In this document: in pieces, positions 39,126-48,977 of the stretch | Numbering within the stretch: the first letter of the stretch is position 1 | Layout: each line of letters starts with the position of its first letter | From: Nitrospirota bacterium | GTDB taxonomy: Bacteria; Nitrospirota; Nitrospiria; 2-01-FULL-66-17 | Direction of reading: 5' to 3' | DNA length: 64,000 bases | NCBI GenBank assembly: GCA_049325335.1 | Contig: JBMOMC010000043.1 | Location: 34,202 to 98,201 of the forward strand | Made by a program: the position numbers and the translations under genes | The notes under the pieces: generated by a model | Database searches by the model: none | The model's input: only the letters and a program-made list of their open reading frames with translations | What the model was told of the DNA's origin: nothing

Positions 39126-39164
39126 GTTTTACGTAGAGTCGCGACTGTTCCGCGAGGACGCCCC

Positions 39165-39473
39165 GTGACTCAACCCGATCCGCCCAACCCGCCGGTCCAA
39201 ATCCAAGTCGAAATCGACGACGCCACCGCGCAGGGGACGTATACCAATTTGGCGTTGGTCGCGCATACGGAAACCGAGTTCGTATTCGATTTTTTGTTCG
39301 TCCAACCGCAGCAGCCCAAGGCCAAGGTTCGCGCGCGCATCATCTCCAGCCCGACCCATACCAAGCGGTTCTTTCTCGCGCTCCGAGAAAACCTGACGCG
39401 GTACGAGGTCCGGTTCGGCGAAATCAAAGTGCCGGAAGACGGCCCCGGCCCGCGCGGCACCCCGCACGAATGA
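39165..39473 (+). CDS. DUF3467 domain protein
   Basis: AQGTYTNLA.V.HT..EFVFDF...ARIISSP.H.KR...L.ENL..YE.RFGEI. Confidence 0.85.
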   Translation: MTQPDPPNPPVQIQVEIDDATAQGTYTNLALVAHTETEFVFDFLFVQPQQPKAKVRARIISSPTHTKRFFLALRENLTRYEVRFGEIKVPEDGPGPRGTPHE

Positions 39474-40594
39474 TCCCGCGGCGCGGAGGCCCCGTGCTCG
39501 CGCAGGGTCTGCTCGCCGTGTGTCTGCTTGCTCCGCCGGCCGTCTCGGCCGATCCCCTTCCGGTTCCCATCGCCTTGCGCGGGTCGTTGTCGCCCGACGG
39601 CTCCGAGGCCTCCGTGCATCTGACCGTGACCAACCGCGCCGACCGCGCGAGCGGACCGGGTACGTTGGAAGTGTACCTGTCCGCGGACGGTCTGGTCGAC
39701 CCCGATGACGCGCCATTGGGCCGGCGCCCGGTGGCGCCGCTCGGCCCCGGCGCCCGGATCGACGTGGAACTGACCCCGGTGATGCCGCGCGTGCCCCCGG
39801 GCCGCTACTACGTGGTCGCGCGCGTCGTCGGGGAGCGCGACCACGCCGTGGGACGCCCGTCCGATGCCTTGTGGGGCGCGCCGTTGGCCGTCGGCCCGGA
39901 TCTGGCCCTCGAAGACCTTCACGCCGTGATCCAACCCGGCGGCGTCACGCTCGTCGGCCGCGTGGTCAACCGGGGCACGCAACCCGCCGCGTCCGCGATG
40001 ATCGGCGTGTGGTGGACGAGCCGGGACGGGGAGTCCGCGCCTCGCGCCGGAACCACGGAGGTCAAGACGGATCTCGGCCCCGGCGCCGCCGCGCCGTTTG
40101 AAATGACCGTGCGCGCCGGGGAGTTGCCGCCCGGCCAATACGGGGTCCTCGCCGAGGTGGACCCCGATCGCGTGATCGCGGAGTCCGACGATGAGAACAA
40201 CCGACTCCGCGTGGACGCCGGATACGTCACGGGTCCCGATTTGGTGATCGCCGAGTTGTCGGCCCGGCAAGACGGCCAAACGATCGTGGTGCATGACGCG
40301 GTGACCAACCGCGGGAACAGGCCGTCCGCCGTCTGCGGCATCGTGTTCGTCTTGTCCCGCAACGGGATCTGGGACCCGGGCGACGTCTCGATCGGGTACC
40401 GCGTGGTGCCCGCGCTCGATCCGGACGCGGGGTCTGCAATGGACACCCGGTTGGCCCTTCCCGAACGCGGACTCGCCACGGGCCGATATTTTTTGCTCGG
40501 AAAGGTTGACGGAGCGAATCACGTGGCTGAAAGCCGCGAGGCCAACAATCTCACGCTGGCGCCCGCTCCGGTGGACGTGCGCGTTCGCCGGTAG
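39470..40594 (+). CDS. secreted protein with about 3 CARDB-type Ig-like domains
   Basis: Signal peptide and repeated PDL...V.N.G...G.Y.V...D....ES.E.NN. ATGA overlap with DUF3467. Confidence 0.75.
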   Translation: MIPRRGGPVLAQGLLAVCLLAPPAVSADPLPVPIALRGSLSPDGSEASVHLTVTNRADRASGPGTLEVYLSADGLVDPDDAPLGRRPVAPLGPGARIDVELTPVMPRVPPGRYYVVARVVGERDHAVGRPSDALWGAPLAVGPDLALEDLHAVIQPGGVTLVGRVVNRGTQPAASAMIGVWWTSRDGESAPRAGTTEVKTDLGPGAAAPFEMTVRAGELPPGQYGVLAEVDPDRVIAESDDENNRLRVDAGYVTGPDLVIAELSARQDGQTIVVHDAVTNRGNRPSAVCGIVFVLSRNGIWDPGDVSIGYRVVPALDPDAGSAMDTRLALPERGLATGRYFLLGKVDGANHVAESREANNLTLAPAPVDVRVRR

Positions 40595-40638
40595 GAGCCC
40601 GCCCCTACACGGCGCGGCGCGTATCCCGGTGTCGGTCG

Positions 40639-41610
40639 TCACGACCCGCGTTGGAACACCCGGGTGACGTGGTCGAAAATCTTGTGACGGGCATAGGCGG
40701 TAAACACCCCCGCCGTGTAGTGGCCGGCCGGGAGCCACACCAACTCCGGGCGGCCGAGGCCTCGCCACAAGGCTTCGGCGTAAGGCCGTCGAATCACGCG
40801 GTCAAAGCGGGCGTTGATCATGAGGATGGTTCGGGGCGCGATCAGCGGCGCGTAGGTCAAGGGGTCCACGTCTTCCAAGGCGGCGCTCGTCGTTTCATAG
40901 AACTCGGTGCTCGATAGGCCCTGATCCGCCATCACGCCCTCGCGGATGCGCGCGAGCGAGCGCTCGCCCGACGTGCGCATGATGCCGGCCAGGTCGCCTC
41001 CGGCCAGCACCAGGGCGGCGGCCTTGACCCTGGGGTCCACGGCCGCGACCAAGCTCCCGACGATGGCGCCGTGTGAAAACCCCACCAACGCCACGCGGTC
41101 GCCGTCGATCTCGGGTCGCCGGAGCGCCCATTCCAACACGCGTCGCGTGTCGATCACGCGCGCGCGGAGCAGATCGCGAAACATCGGGAGACTGGCGGGA
41201 TCGCCGTAGAGTCGCCCCACGTCTCCTTGGCTGCGAAAGCGCACGCAGGCGAACCCGCGTTCCGCGAAGTACACCGCGAATTCGGTGGTAAAAAAGTCCC
41301 CCCGCGTAATCGGGAGGATCAGCACCAATGGAAACCGGCGACCTTCCTTAGGCAGGTACAGAAACGCCTCAACCGGCGGCAGACCCGGGGCGTGCAGCAC
41401 CGAGTCGAACGTGAACCGCTGCACCGCATAGGTACCGCGGCGTTTGGCCGGGTCGAGGCGCGGCTGCAATGGATCGCCGGGCACCGCGAACAAGGCGGTG
41501 TGTCGGTCCGGGACCGCGGTCGCCTGGCGATGCCACGGCGCGGCGCGCGCGCAGCCGGCCGCCACCATCAGCACGACGAAGCACGCGATGACGTTCGACC
41601 GGGCCGTCAC
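40639..41610 (-). CDS. alpha/beta hydrolase lipoprotein
   Basis: Lipobox AAGC, nucleophile GFSHG, FDRVI Asp, AGHY His. Confidence 0.8.
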   Translation of the reverse strand: MTARSNVIACFVVLMVAAGCARAAPWHRQATAVPDRHTALFAVPGDPLQPRLDPAKRRGTYAVQRFTFDSVLHAPGLPPVEAFLYLPKEGRRFPLVLILPITRGDFFTTEFAVYFAERGFACVRFRSQGDVGRLYGDPASLPMFRDLLRARVIDTRRVLEWALRRPEIDGDRVALVGFSHGAIVGSLVAAVDPRVKAAALVLAGGDLAGIMRTSGERSLARIREGVMADQGLSSTEFYETTSAALEDVDPLTYAPLIAPRTILMINARFDRVIRRPYAEALWRGLGRPELVWLPAGHYTAGVFTAYARHKIFDHVTRVFQRGS

Positions 41611-42938
41611 GGCGACACGGGCGGGTACGGGCCGATGCGATCCAGCACCCGCCCGACCACGGCGGTCAGATAGCGGTCCATGTGCGGACCGTTGAACGAC
41701 ATGCGCGCTTCATAGTGCGACGTCTCGTAGTGTTCCGATGGAACGACGTAGCCGACATAGTCGTCGGTGAATCCCACGATCAGGGCGCGGCGCCCCAGTC
41801 CAACGGCGCGGGCCTTCCAGTCCGAGCCGATCACGGCGGAGAGGTCGCACGGCACGCCGATGAGCACGCGGTCTCCGATCACCGCGACCGCCACGGTGGT
41901 GCGGCGATCCAACAGCAGCGCGCCGACCAGTCGCGGCAGACGACGACGCGGGGATACCTTGATTTGCGGGGCCGGCAGATCAACGCCGATTCGCCAGGAC
42001 GCGACCGCGGCGCGGTCCGTCCACGCCGCCTCGGGGAGCGCGCGCCGCGCCGCGCGCACGCGCTCGGCCAAGTCCGCGCCCATCGCGTCCATCGCCGCGA
42101 AGCGATCATCCGCGCGCGGCGGCGTTCCGGTCTGGTCCGCCACGGCTCCGGCCGTAAACAGGGCGACGCCGCCCGCGGATTCGAGCGCGCGCGAGAGGGC
42201 GCCGGGGTAATCCCCTGACAAGAAAAAGTTGTCGGATTTGAGCACCGTGGCGTGGGCCGAGAAATTCGTCAGCCACGCGACCGGCGTGGCGTCGGACCGT
42301 TCCACCGCCAGAAACGACACCGCCGGGTCGCGATACCCTCCGGGGATCATCCGGTTGGCGATCCGATCCGGCGCGGCGGCCTCGCCCCAGGCCATCCGCG
42401 CGGGCGCCAACGCCTTCATCGCGTTGACGGCCGCTACGGCCGCGCGCTCGATCACGAATCGAAACAGTTCGTCGTCATATTCGCCCGCGGCGAAACTCTC
42501 CCAGACCCGTCGCGCCACCGCGCCGAATCCCGAATGCGTGTGAGTGGCCGTGAGGATCAGACTGCCGGGCGGAAGGGCCACCTCGCGGCGGACGCGAGTC
42601 TCCACCGCCGCGAGCATGTCGTCGGTGACCGCCAGCAGATCGAGCGAGATCAAAATGACGGTCCGATCGCCCGACCGCAATGCGAGCGCCCGCGCGTAGA
42701 GGGGATCGTGGACGCCGTGCGAGGGTCGGCCGAGTCGGTTGCCGTATCCGGCCAGCGGCGGCCTCCCGTCGGGCGTCATGTCCACGCGGGCGGCGCCCGC
42801 CTCCACCGGCATCGCGGGCGGGGCGGTCACGCGGTCAACTGCGGCCATCGCGGCGGAAAACGCCGGCGTGGCGTCCACCGGCGCACGGTCGATGGGCAGA
42901 CACGCCGCGCACAATGCCGCAAGGCCGGCGACCGGCAT
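41607..42938 (-). CDS. neutral/alkaline ceramidase-like lipoprotein
   Basis: PLAGYG, HDPLYARALAL, TATHTHSG, FSAHATVL, SGDYPG, DDYVGYV, HYE. ATG overlaps the upstream stop (TGATG). Lipobox AAC. Confidence 0.78.
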   Translation of the reverse strand: MPVAGLAALCAACLPIDRAPVDATPAFSAAMAAVDRVTAPPAMPVEAGAARVDMTPDGRPPLAGYGNRLGRPSHGVHDPLYARALALRSGDRTVILISLDLLAVTDDMLAAVETRVRREVALPPGSLILTATHTHSGFGAVARRVWESFAAGEYDDELFRFVIERAAVAAVNAMKALAPARMAWGEAAAPDRIANRMIPGGYRDPAVSFLAVERSDATPVAWLTNFSAHATVLKSDNFFLSGDYPGALSRALESAGGVALFTAGAVADQTGTPPRADDRFAAMDAMGADLAERVRAARRALPEAAWTDRAAVASWRIGVDLPAPQIKVSPRRRLPRLVGALLLDRRTTVAVAVIGDRVLIGVPCDLSAVIGSDWKARAVGLGRRALIVGFTDDYVGYVVPSEHYETSHYEARMSFNGPHMDRYLTAVVGRVLDRIGPYPPVSP

Positions 42939-44077
42939 CAACGAACGTAGATAGGATTCGAAAAGATCCAGGGGCGCCATTGTCCTTGCACCGAAATGTC
43001 GACCTCCGCGCGATACGCGCCGGGAACGACGACCGGGAGCGACAACTGGTCGCCCTCGGTCATCGCCACGCGGTGTCCGTCCCGAAAAACCGTCATGCGG
43101 CCCGAAGCGGGCGCATGCACCTCGACGGTGAGTCCGTCGGCACGGGGTACCTCGTCCCCCATACTCCATATGTTGCCGCCGACATCCTTGACGCGAAAGG
43201 CAAAGCTCGGCGCGGGCTTGAACACTTCGAACGCAAAATACGCACGGCCGTTGCGGAGCGCGTCGAGCAACGCGTCGCGGGTCCCCTCCGCGGCGAGTAA
43301 ATACACGGGCACGAGCCGAAACGCCAAGGGATAGGGATCCAACTGTCTCCAGAGCACCCGGATATTCTGGTGCGCGTCGGGTGTCCCCACCGCGGTCAGT
43401 CGGCGGCGCGTGGTTTGCGCGTCGAACGCGGCCAGCGCGTGGTCCGGGCGTCGGACGATCCGCGACAAAATTTCGTTCGGGTAGGCGCCGTACCAGATCA
43501 GGATATCCAACGCCCACGCTGCGTACCGCCAGCGATCGTGTTTGGCCTCATCGTACAGGTCCCAGACTTCCGCCCCGACCAACGCGGGGTCGTCCCACTG
43601 GGTCGACCGCGACGGGTGCGTGGCCAGGGGGACGCCGCCGTGCTCCGCCACGGCCGCGGACACTTCGGGGCACGTCATCCCCCGGCTGTCGATAAACCGA
43701 TCCAGCCCCACCGCCAAAATGTGGCGGTCACCACACCGAATTTCCGCGCCGCGGATCAAGAGCACGCCCTCCCGTTCGCGGGTCCCCTCCTGGGCGAACA
43801 CCTCGGATCTGTTGTGATCGGTGAGCATGACAAAGTCCAAGCCCGCGGACTTTGCCGCGCGGACGATGTCGTCCTCGGTTCCCCGGCTGTCGTGGGAGAG
43901 TTGGGTATGGACGTGGATCACGCCCTTGAAGCGGCGCTGTCCCGGCGGGTCGGCAAGGGGTATCGAGAGCGGGACCACGGCCAATTCGGCTCGGATCGCG
44001 TGGAACGTTGAAGGGAACGTACATCCGCCGATGACGAAGATGGTGACGGTCCCGACGACCGCGCAAGTCCCGCGCAT
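42938..44077 (-). CDS. PHP-domain (CehA/McbA-like) metallohydrolase lipoprotein
   Basis: GVIHVHT..SHDS, LDFVMLTDHN, GAEI, THP, TPDAH, SNPIYV. Lipobox IGGC. Confidence 0.82.
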   Translation of the reverse strand: MRGTCAVVGTVTIFVIGGCTFPSTFHAIRAELAVVPLSIPLADPPGQRRFKGVIHVHTQLSHDSRGTEDDIVRAAKSAGLDFVMLTDHNRSEVFAQEGTREREGVLLIRGAEIRCGDRHILAVGLDRFIDSRGMTCPEVSAAVAEHGGVPLATHPSRSTQWDDPALVGAEVWDLYDEAKHDRWRYAAWALDILIWYGAYPNEILSRIVRRPDHALAAFDAQTTRRRLTAVGTPDAHQNIRVLWRQLDPYPLAFRLVPVYLLAAEGTRDALLDALRNGRAYFAFEVFKPAPSFAFRVKDVGGNIWSMGDEVPRADGLTVEVHAPASGRMTVFRDGHRVAMTEGDQLSLPVVVPGAYRAEVDISVQGQWRPWIFSNPIYVR

Positions 44078-44108
44078 CCCGAAATGGTACTTGAAGCCCT
44101 CCCGACGA

Positions 44109-44870
44109 TCAAGCCGACGGATCAGGGGCGGCGAACCCCAAGAGATATTCCTGGTTGCCGTCCCGACCCTCGATCGGCGAGGTGATGGTGCCGATGACGC
44201 GCAACCCCAGCGCTTCGGCGGCGGCCGTCACATCCCGCGCCGCGCGTTCGCGCAACGCGGGGTCTCGCACGATTCCGCCGCGTCCCACGAGGCCTTTCCC
44301 CACTTCAAACTGGGGTTTGACCAACGCGACCACGCGTCCGCCGGGGCGGACGAACTCCGTCATTCGCGGCAGCACGAGGCGCAGCGAGATAAACGAGACG
44401 TCGATTACCGCGAGGTCGATCGCGTCGCCGACCGCGTCGCGCGCCAACGCGCGGATATTCGCCCGCTCCAATACCCGCACGCGGGGATCGGTGCGCAACG
44501 CCCAGGCGAGTTGCCCGTACCCCACGTCCACCGCCCACACGCGCGCGGCACCCCGCTGCAAGAGACAGTCGGTGAAGCCGCCGGTCGACGCGCCCACGTC
44601 CAGGCAGACCAGGCCCCGCGGGTCCACCGCGAACGCGTCCAATGCGGCCGCGAGTTTGACCCCGCCGCGTCCGACGAACGGATGATCCGGACCCGCCACG
44701 CTCAACGGCGCGTCCGGGCGGATCAGGTCGCCGGGTTTCTCGATGCGCCGGTTGCCGGACCGCACCAGACCCTCCAGGATCATGGCCTGGGCGCGGGCCC
44801 GGCTGGGCGCCAGTCCCCGGTCCACCAACGCCACATCCACCCGCTGTGCGTTCGCCTGCGCGCGCGTCAT
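44109..44870 (-). CDS. tlyA: TlyA family rRNA 2'-O-methyltransferase
   Basis: S4 domain (RVD.ALV.RGL..SR), RGGVKL, DVGASTGGFTDCLLQ, DVSFISL, LVKPQFE, GRDGNQEY. Confidence 0.93.
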   Translation of the reverse strand: MTRAQANAQRVDVALVDRGLAPSRARAQAMILEGLVRSGNRRIEKPGDLIRPDAPLSVAGPDHPFVGRGGVKLAAALDAFAVDPRGLVCLDVGASTGGFTDCLLQRGAARVWAVDVGYGQLAWALRTDPRVRVLERANIRALARDAVGDAIDLAVIDVSFISLRLVLPRMTEFVRPGGRVVALVKPQFEVGKGLVGRGGIVRDPALRERAARDVTAAAEALGLRVIGTITSPIEGRDGNQEYLLGFAAPDPSA

Positions 44871-44999
44871 GCCGAACCGTATCAGAGCGGACGCGGGCCG
44901 CGCAACCGCTTGCGCTTTCGCGTGCAATCCGTGTATCACACCCAAAGATCGCTTCGCCCGGAGCCCACGGGTCCGCGGGACGCAAAGGAGCGGATGGCC

Positions 45000-46808
45000 A
45001 TGGATAAGAAGCAACTGCGGTTCTCCCTGTGGTACGTGGTGGCGGCGTTGTGGGTGCTCGCCCTCATTCAACTCTTCGTCGCTCCCGCATTCGCCCCATC
45101 CGAGCTGTCCTACAGCGACTTTAAAGCCGCGGTTGCGGCCGGCAAGGTCGAGGAAGTCGCGATCGGGCCGACCGTTCTTCACGGACGGTTCAAATCGGAG
45201 GAGGCCGGCGAGGCGCCCAAACCGTTCAACACGGTGCGCGTGGAAGACCCGGGTCTGTTGCGCGACCTCGAGGCCCAAGGCGTGAAAGTCACCGGGGTCA
45301 TCGAGAGCACGGTTGTGCGCGACCTGCTGTCGTGGGTGGTGCCGATCCTGCTGTTTGCCGCGGTGTGGGTGTTCCTGCTGCGCCGCATGGGACAAGGCCA
45401 GAGCGGGTTCATGACCGTGGGCAAGAGCAAGGCCAAGATCTACATGGAGCAGGACATCACGGTCCGATTCACCGACGTGGCTGGCGTGGATGAAGCGCAG
45501 GAGGAACTTCGGGAAGTCATTGAGTTCCTCAGGACGCCGGGCAAGTTCACCCGCTTGGGCGGCAAGATCCCCAAAGGGATCCTGCTCGTGGGGCCGCCGG
45601 GAACCGGGAAGACGTTACTCGCGCGCGCGGTGGCAGGCGAGGCCGGCGTGCCGTTTTTCTCGATCAGCGGATCCGAGTTCGTGGAAATGTTCGTGGGCGT
45701 GGGCGCCGCGCGGGTGCGCGATCTGTTTCTCCAGGCCAAACAAAAGGCGCCGTGCATCATCTTTCTCGATGAATTGGATGCCTTGGGCAAAGCGCGGGGC
45801 ATGGGTCCGATGGCGCATGAAGAGCGCGAGCAAACGCTGAACCAACTTCTCGTGGAAATGGACGGCTTTGACCCTCGGGTCGGCGTGATTCTCCTGGCGG
45901 CGACGAATCGTCCGGAAATTCTGGATCCGGCGTTGTTGCGCGCCGGCCGGTTCGATCGCCACGTCGTCGTCGACAGGCCGGATCGTCTGGGTCGGATCGC
46001 CATCCTCAAGGTTCACGCGAAGAACGTTCCGTTGGCGCCCGACGCGGACCTGGAGTCTATCGCGGGAATGACCCCGGGATTTGTCGGCGCGGACCTGGCC
46101 AATCTGGTCAATGAAGCCGCGCTCCTAGCGGTGCGCCGAGGGAAGGATCTGGTCGGGGCCGCGGAACTGCAGGAGGCGGTGGAGCGCGTGATCGCAGGGC
46201 TTGAAAAACGGAATCGGGTGTTGAACAAGTTGGAGCGGGAACGGGTGGCGCACCATGAAATCGGACACGCATTGGTCGCCCTGTCCATCCCAGGCATGCA
46301 CCCGGTGCAGAAGATCTCGATCATTCCGCGCGGGGTGGCCGCACTCGGCTACACGCTCCAGTTGCCAACCGAAGATCGGTTTTTGATGACCAAGTCGGAA
46401 CTCGAAGACAAGATCGCGATGCTCTTGGGCGGGCGTGTGGCCGAGGAGATCATCTTTCACGAGGTATCGACCGGCGCCCAAGACGATCTGATGAAAGCGA
46501 CGGACATCGCCAAGAGCATGGTCAAGACCTACGGCATGAGCGGCAAGTTGGGCGGGGTGACCTTTGACGGCGCACGCCAACCGACGTTTTTGCCGACGGC
46601 GCACGCGGGCGGGCCCGCGGACTACAGCGAAGAGACCGCGCGGGAGATCGACTGCGAAGTCCGCAATATCTTGGATGCCCAGTTCACGCGGGTGCGGAGC
46701 ATCCTGCAAGCGCGCCAAGACGCCTTACGGACCGCCGCCATTGCGCTCTTGAAAACTGAGACGATGACGGGCGCCGAACTACAGGCGCTCCTCGGCGCGC
46801 CCGGATAA
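45000..46808 (+). CDS. ftsH: ATP-dependent zinc metalloprotease FtsH
   Basis: Two [56 protein letters not shown]. Confidence 0.96.
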   Translation: MDKKQLRFSLWYVVAALWVLALIQLFVAPAFAPSELSYSDFKAAVAAGKVEEVAIGPTVLHGRFKSEEAGEAPKPFNTVRVEDPGLLRDLEAQGVKVTGVIESTVVRDLLSWVVPILLFAAVWVFLLRRMGQGQSGFMTVGKSKAKIYMEQDITVRFTDVAGVDEAQEELREVIEFLRTPGKFTRLGGKIPKGILLVGPPGTGKTLLARAVAGEAGVPFFSISGSEFVEMFVGVGAARVRDLFLQAKQKAPCIIFLDELDALGKARGMGPMAHEEREQTLNQLLVEMDGFDPRVGVILLAATNRPEILDPALLRAGRFDRHVVVDRPDRLGRIAILKVHAKNVPLAPDADLESIAGMTPGFVGADLANLVNEAALLAVRRGKDLVGAAELQEAVERVIAGLEKRNRVLNKLERERVAHHEIGHALVALSIPGMHPVQKISIIPRGVAALGYTLQLPTEDRFLMTKSELEDKIAMLLGGRVAEEIIFHEVSTGAQDDLMKATDIAKSMVKTYGMSGKLGGVTFDGARQPTFLPTAHAGGPADYSEETAREIDCEVRNILDAQFTRVRSILQARQDALRTAAIALLKTETMTGAELQALLGAPG

Positions 46809-46879
46809 TCGTCGTGCGGCGGCCACGCCAGCGAAATCCCGCGGCCGCGATGCGTCCACGCTTCTGATACAATCGCGCG

Positions 46880-48688
46880 GTGACTAAGGCCCTTCATTAC
46901 CGGATCACGCCCAGGGATCCGGCGGCCCACCTGTTCGAAGTGCGGTGTACGATCCCGACGCCCGACCCCGCGGGCCAACGGTTTTCCTTGCCGACGTGGA
47001 TCCCGGGCAGTTATCTGATTCGTGATTTTGCCCGCCACGTGGTGCGGATTCGGGCCGAGTCAAACGGACGACTGGTCCCGGTCGACAAACTCGATCGCGC
47101 CATGTGGCAGTGCGAGCCGACTTCAGGGCCGCTCACGCTGATCAGCGAGGTGTATGCGTGGGATCTCTCCGTGCGCGCGGCTCATCTGGACGCCACGCAC
47201 GGATACTTCAACGGCACGAGCGTGTTTTTTCAGATCCACGGCCGGGAGAACCGACCGTGCGTCGTGGACATCGAGGCCCCGGTCGGTGGGGGTGGGCAAC
47301 GATGGCGCGTGGCGACCGCGATGCGACGCGACGGCGCGCCGCCCCATGCGTTCGGCCGATACATGGCCGCGGACTACGACGACCTGGTGGATCATCCGGT
47401 GGAGATGGGCGACTTTGCGTTGGCGACGTTTACCGCCTGCGGTGTGCCCCACGACGTAGCGTTGACCGGCCGACACCGGGCCGACCTCGACCGTCTGTGT
47501 CGCGACCTCACGACGATCTGCGAGCACCACATCCGGTTCTTCGGAGAGCCCGCGCCGTTCGACCGGTACGTGTTTTTGGTCACCGCGGTGGGCGAAGGGT
47601 ACGGCGGCCTCGAACACCGGGCGTCGACCAGCCTCCTGTGTTCACGGGAGGATCTTCCCAAACCGGGAGACCGCGAGATCAACGAGAAATACCGAACGTT
47701 GTTGGCGTTGGCGAGTCACGAGTACTTCCACGCCTGGAACGTCAAACGCATCAAGCCCCAGGCGTTCATCCCGTACGATCTCACGCGCGAAGTGTACACG
47801 CGCTTGTTGTGGGCGTTCGAAGGCATCACGTCGTACTACGATGCGCTGGCGCTGGTGCGGACCGGTCTGATTTCCCCGGCCAGTTACCTGGAGCTGGTGG
47901 GGCAAACCGTTACGCGGCTGCTCCGCGGGCCCGGTCGGTTGAAGCAGACGGTGGAGGAGTCCAGCTTTGACGCGTGGATCAAGTTTTACAAGCCGGACGA
48001 AAACACCCCGAACGCCGTGGTCAGTTACTACACCAAGGGCGCGCTGGTGGCATCGGCGCTCGACCTCACGATTCGACGCGAGACGCGGAACGCCAAATCG
48101 CTGGATGACGTGATGCGCGCGCTGTGGGAGCGGCATGGTAAAACCGGCGTGGGGGTCCCGGAAGACAGGATCGAACGGATCGCACGGGAAGTGTCCGGGG
48201 TAGATCTGCGGGCGTTTTTTGACCGCGCGCTCCGCACCGCGGAGGACCTTCCGCTCGCGGAGCTGTTCGCGGACGTCGGGGTGACGTTGGGCCTACGAAC
48301 CGCCGAGTCCGACCAGGACAAGGGCGGAAAACCTGGGACCACGCCGCACGCCACGCGAACAACCCTCGGCGTTCGGCTGGCCGAAAGCGGATCGGACGCG
48401 AAACTGGCAACGGTCCACGACGGAAGCGCGGCGCAGGCTGCGGGGCTTGCTGCCGGCGATGTGATTATGGCCGTGGATGGACTCCGTGCCACGCGGGGCA
48501 ATCTGGAATCCTTGATCGGTGCCTACCCGCCAGGTTCCACGGTCCACATCCACGCGTTCCGTCGCGACGAACTGATGGAGTTCGACCTTACGCCGGCGCC
48601 CGCGCCGCTGGACACCTGCTTTCTGACGCTCACCGTGGACCCTCCCGAATCCATACGGGCTCGCCGCGCGGCCTGGTTGGGGGGCTGA
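46880..48688 (+). CDS. M61 glycyl aminopeptidase with C-terminal PDZ domain
   Basis: PTWIPGSY, GGLEH, SHEYFHAWNVKRIKP, EGITSYY, YTKGA, PDZ (GSAAQAAGL..GD.I.AVDG). Confidence 0.93.
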   Translation: MTKALHYRITPRDPAAHLFEVRCTIPTPDPAGQRFSLPTWIPGSYLIRDFARHVVRIRAESNGRLVPVDKLDRAMWQCEPTSGPLTLISEVYAWDLSVRAAHLDATHGYFNGTSVFFQIHGRENRPCVVDIEAPVGGGGQRWRVATAMRRDGAPPHAFGRYMAADYDDLVDHPVEMGDFALATFTACGVPHDVALTGRHRADLDRLCRDLTTICEHHIRFFGEPAPFDRYVFLVTAVGEGYGGLEHRASTSLLCSREDLPKPGDREINEKYRTLLALASHEYFHAWNVKRIKPQAFIPYDLTREVYTRLLWAFEGITSYYDALALVRTGLISPASYLELVGQTVTRLLRGPGRLKQTVEESSFDAWIKFYKPDENTPNAVVSYYTKGALVASALDLTIRRETRNAKSLDDVMRALWERHGKTGVGVPEDRIERIAREVSGVDLRAFFDRALRTAEDLPLAELFADVGVTLGLRTAESDQDKGGKPGTTPHATRTTLGVRLAESGSDAKLATVHDGSAAQAAGLAAGDVIMAVDGLRATRGNLESLIGAYPPGSTVHIHAFRRDELMEFDLTPAPAPLDTCFLTLTVDPPESIRARRAAWLGG

Positions 48689-48761
48689 CTTCCGCGCCTT
48701 GACAGACCGTACGCCTGTGTCACCTTCACCATGAATCGAGTCGTGGTGAAGGGGGGCGCGG

Positions 48762-48977
48762 ATGAAACGGTGGGCGGTGTTCTGGGCGTGCCTGTCGGTG
48801 GTGCCGATTTCGTTCGACGCGAATCCGGAGCCGGCCCACCTCGATTCACCGCCCGTCCTCACGCGGACGGTGTCGGTCCCGCCATCTCGACCATCGATCG
48901 ACCGGGCGGAATCAGCCGATTCCAGGGCCGGTCTCATCGAGTCGGGCGTTCCTCATCACAGCGTCGCGGCCCGGTAG
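48762..48977 (+). CDS. possible small hypothetical protein
   Basis: Signal-like N-terminus MKRWAVFWACLSVV, G-rich SD-like run, TTGACA upstream. Overlaps the 3' end of the convergent gene. Confidence 0.25.
   Translation: MKRWAVFWACLSVVPISFDANPEPAHLDSPPVLTRTVSVPPSRPSIDRAESADSRAGLIESGVPHHSVAAR

Noticed and set aside
44955..44992. GGGACGCAAAG upstream of ftsH resembling a c-di-GMP-I riboswitch core
   Set aside because: It lacks the upstream GGCAAAC/GNRA stem and the second hairpin, and it runs directly into the SD.
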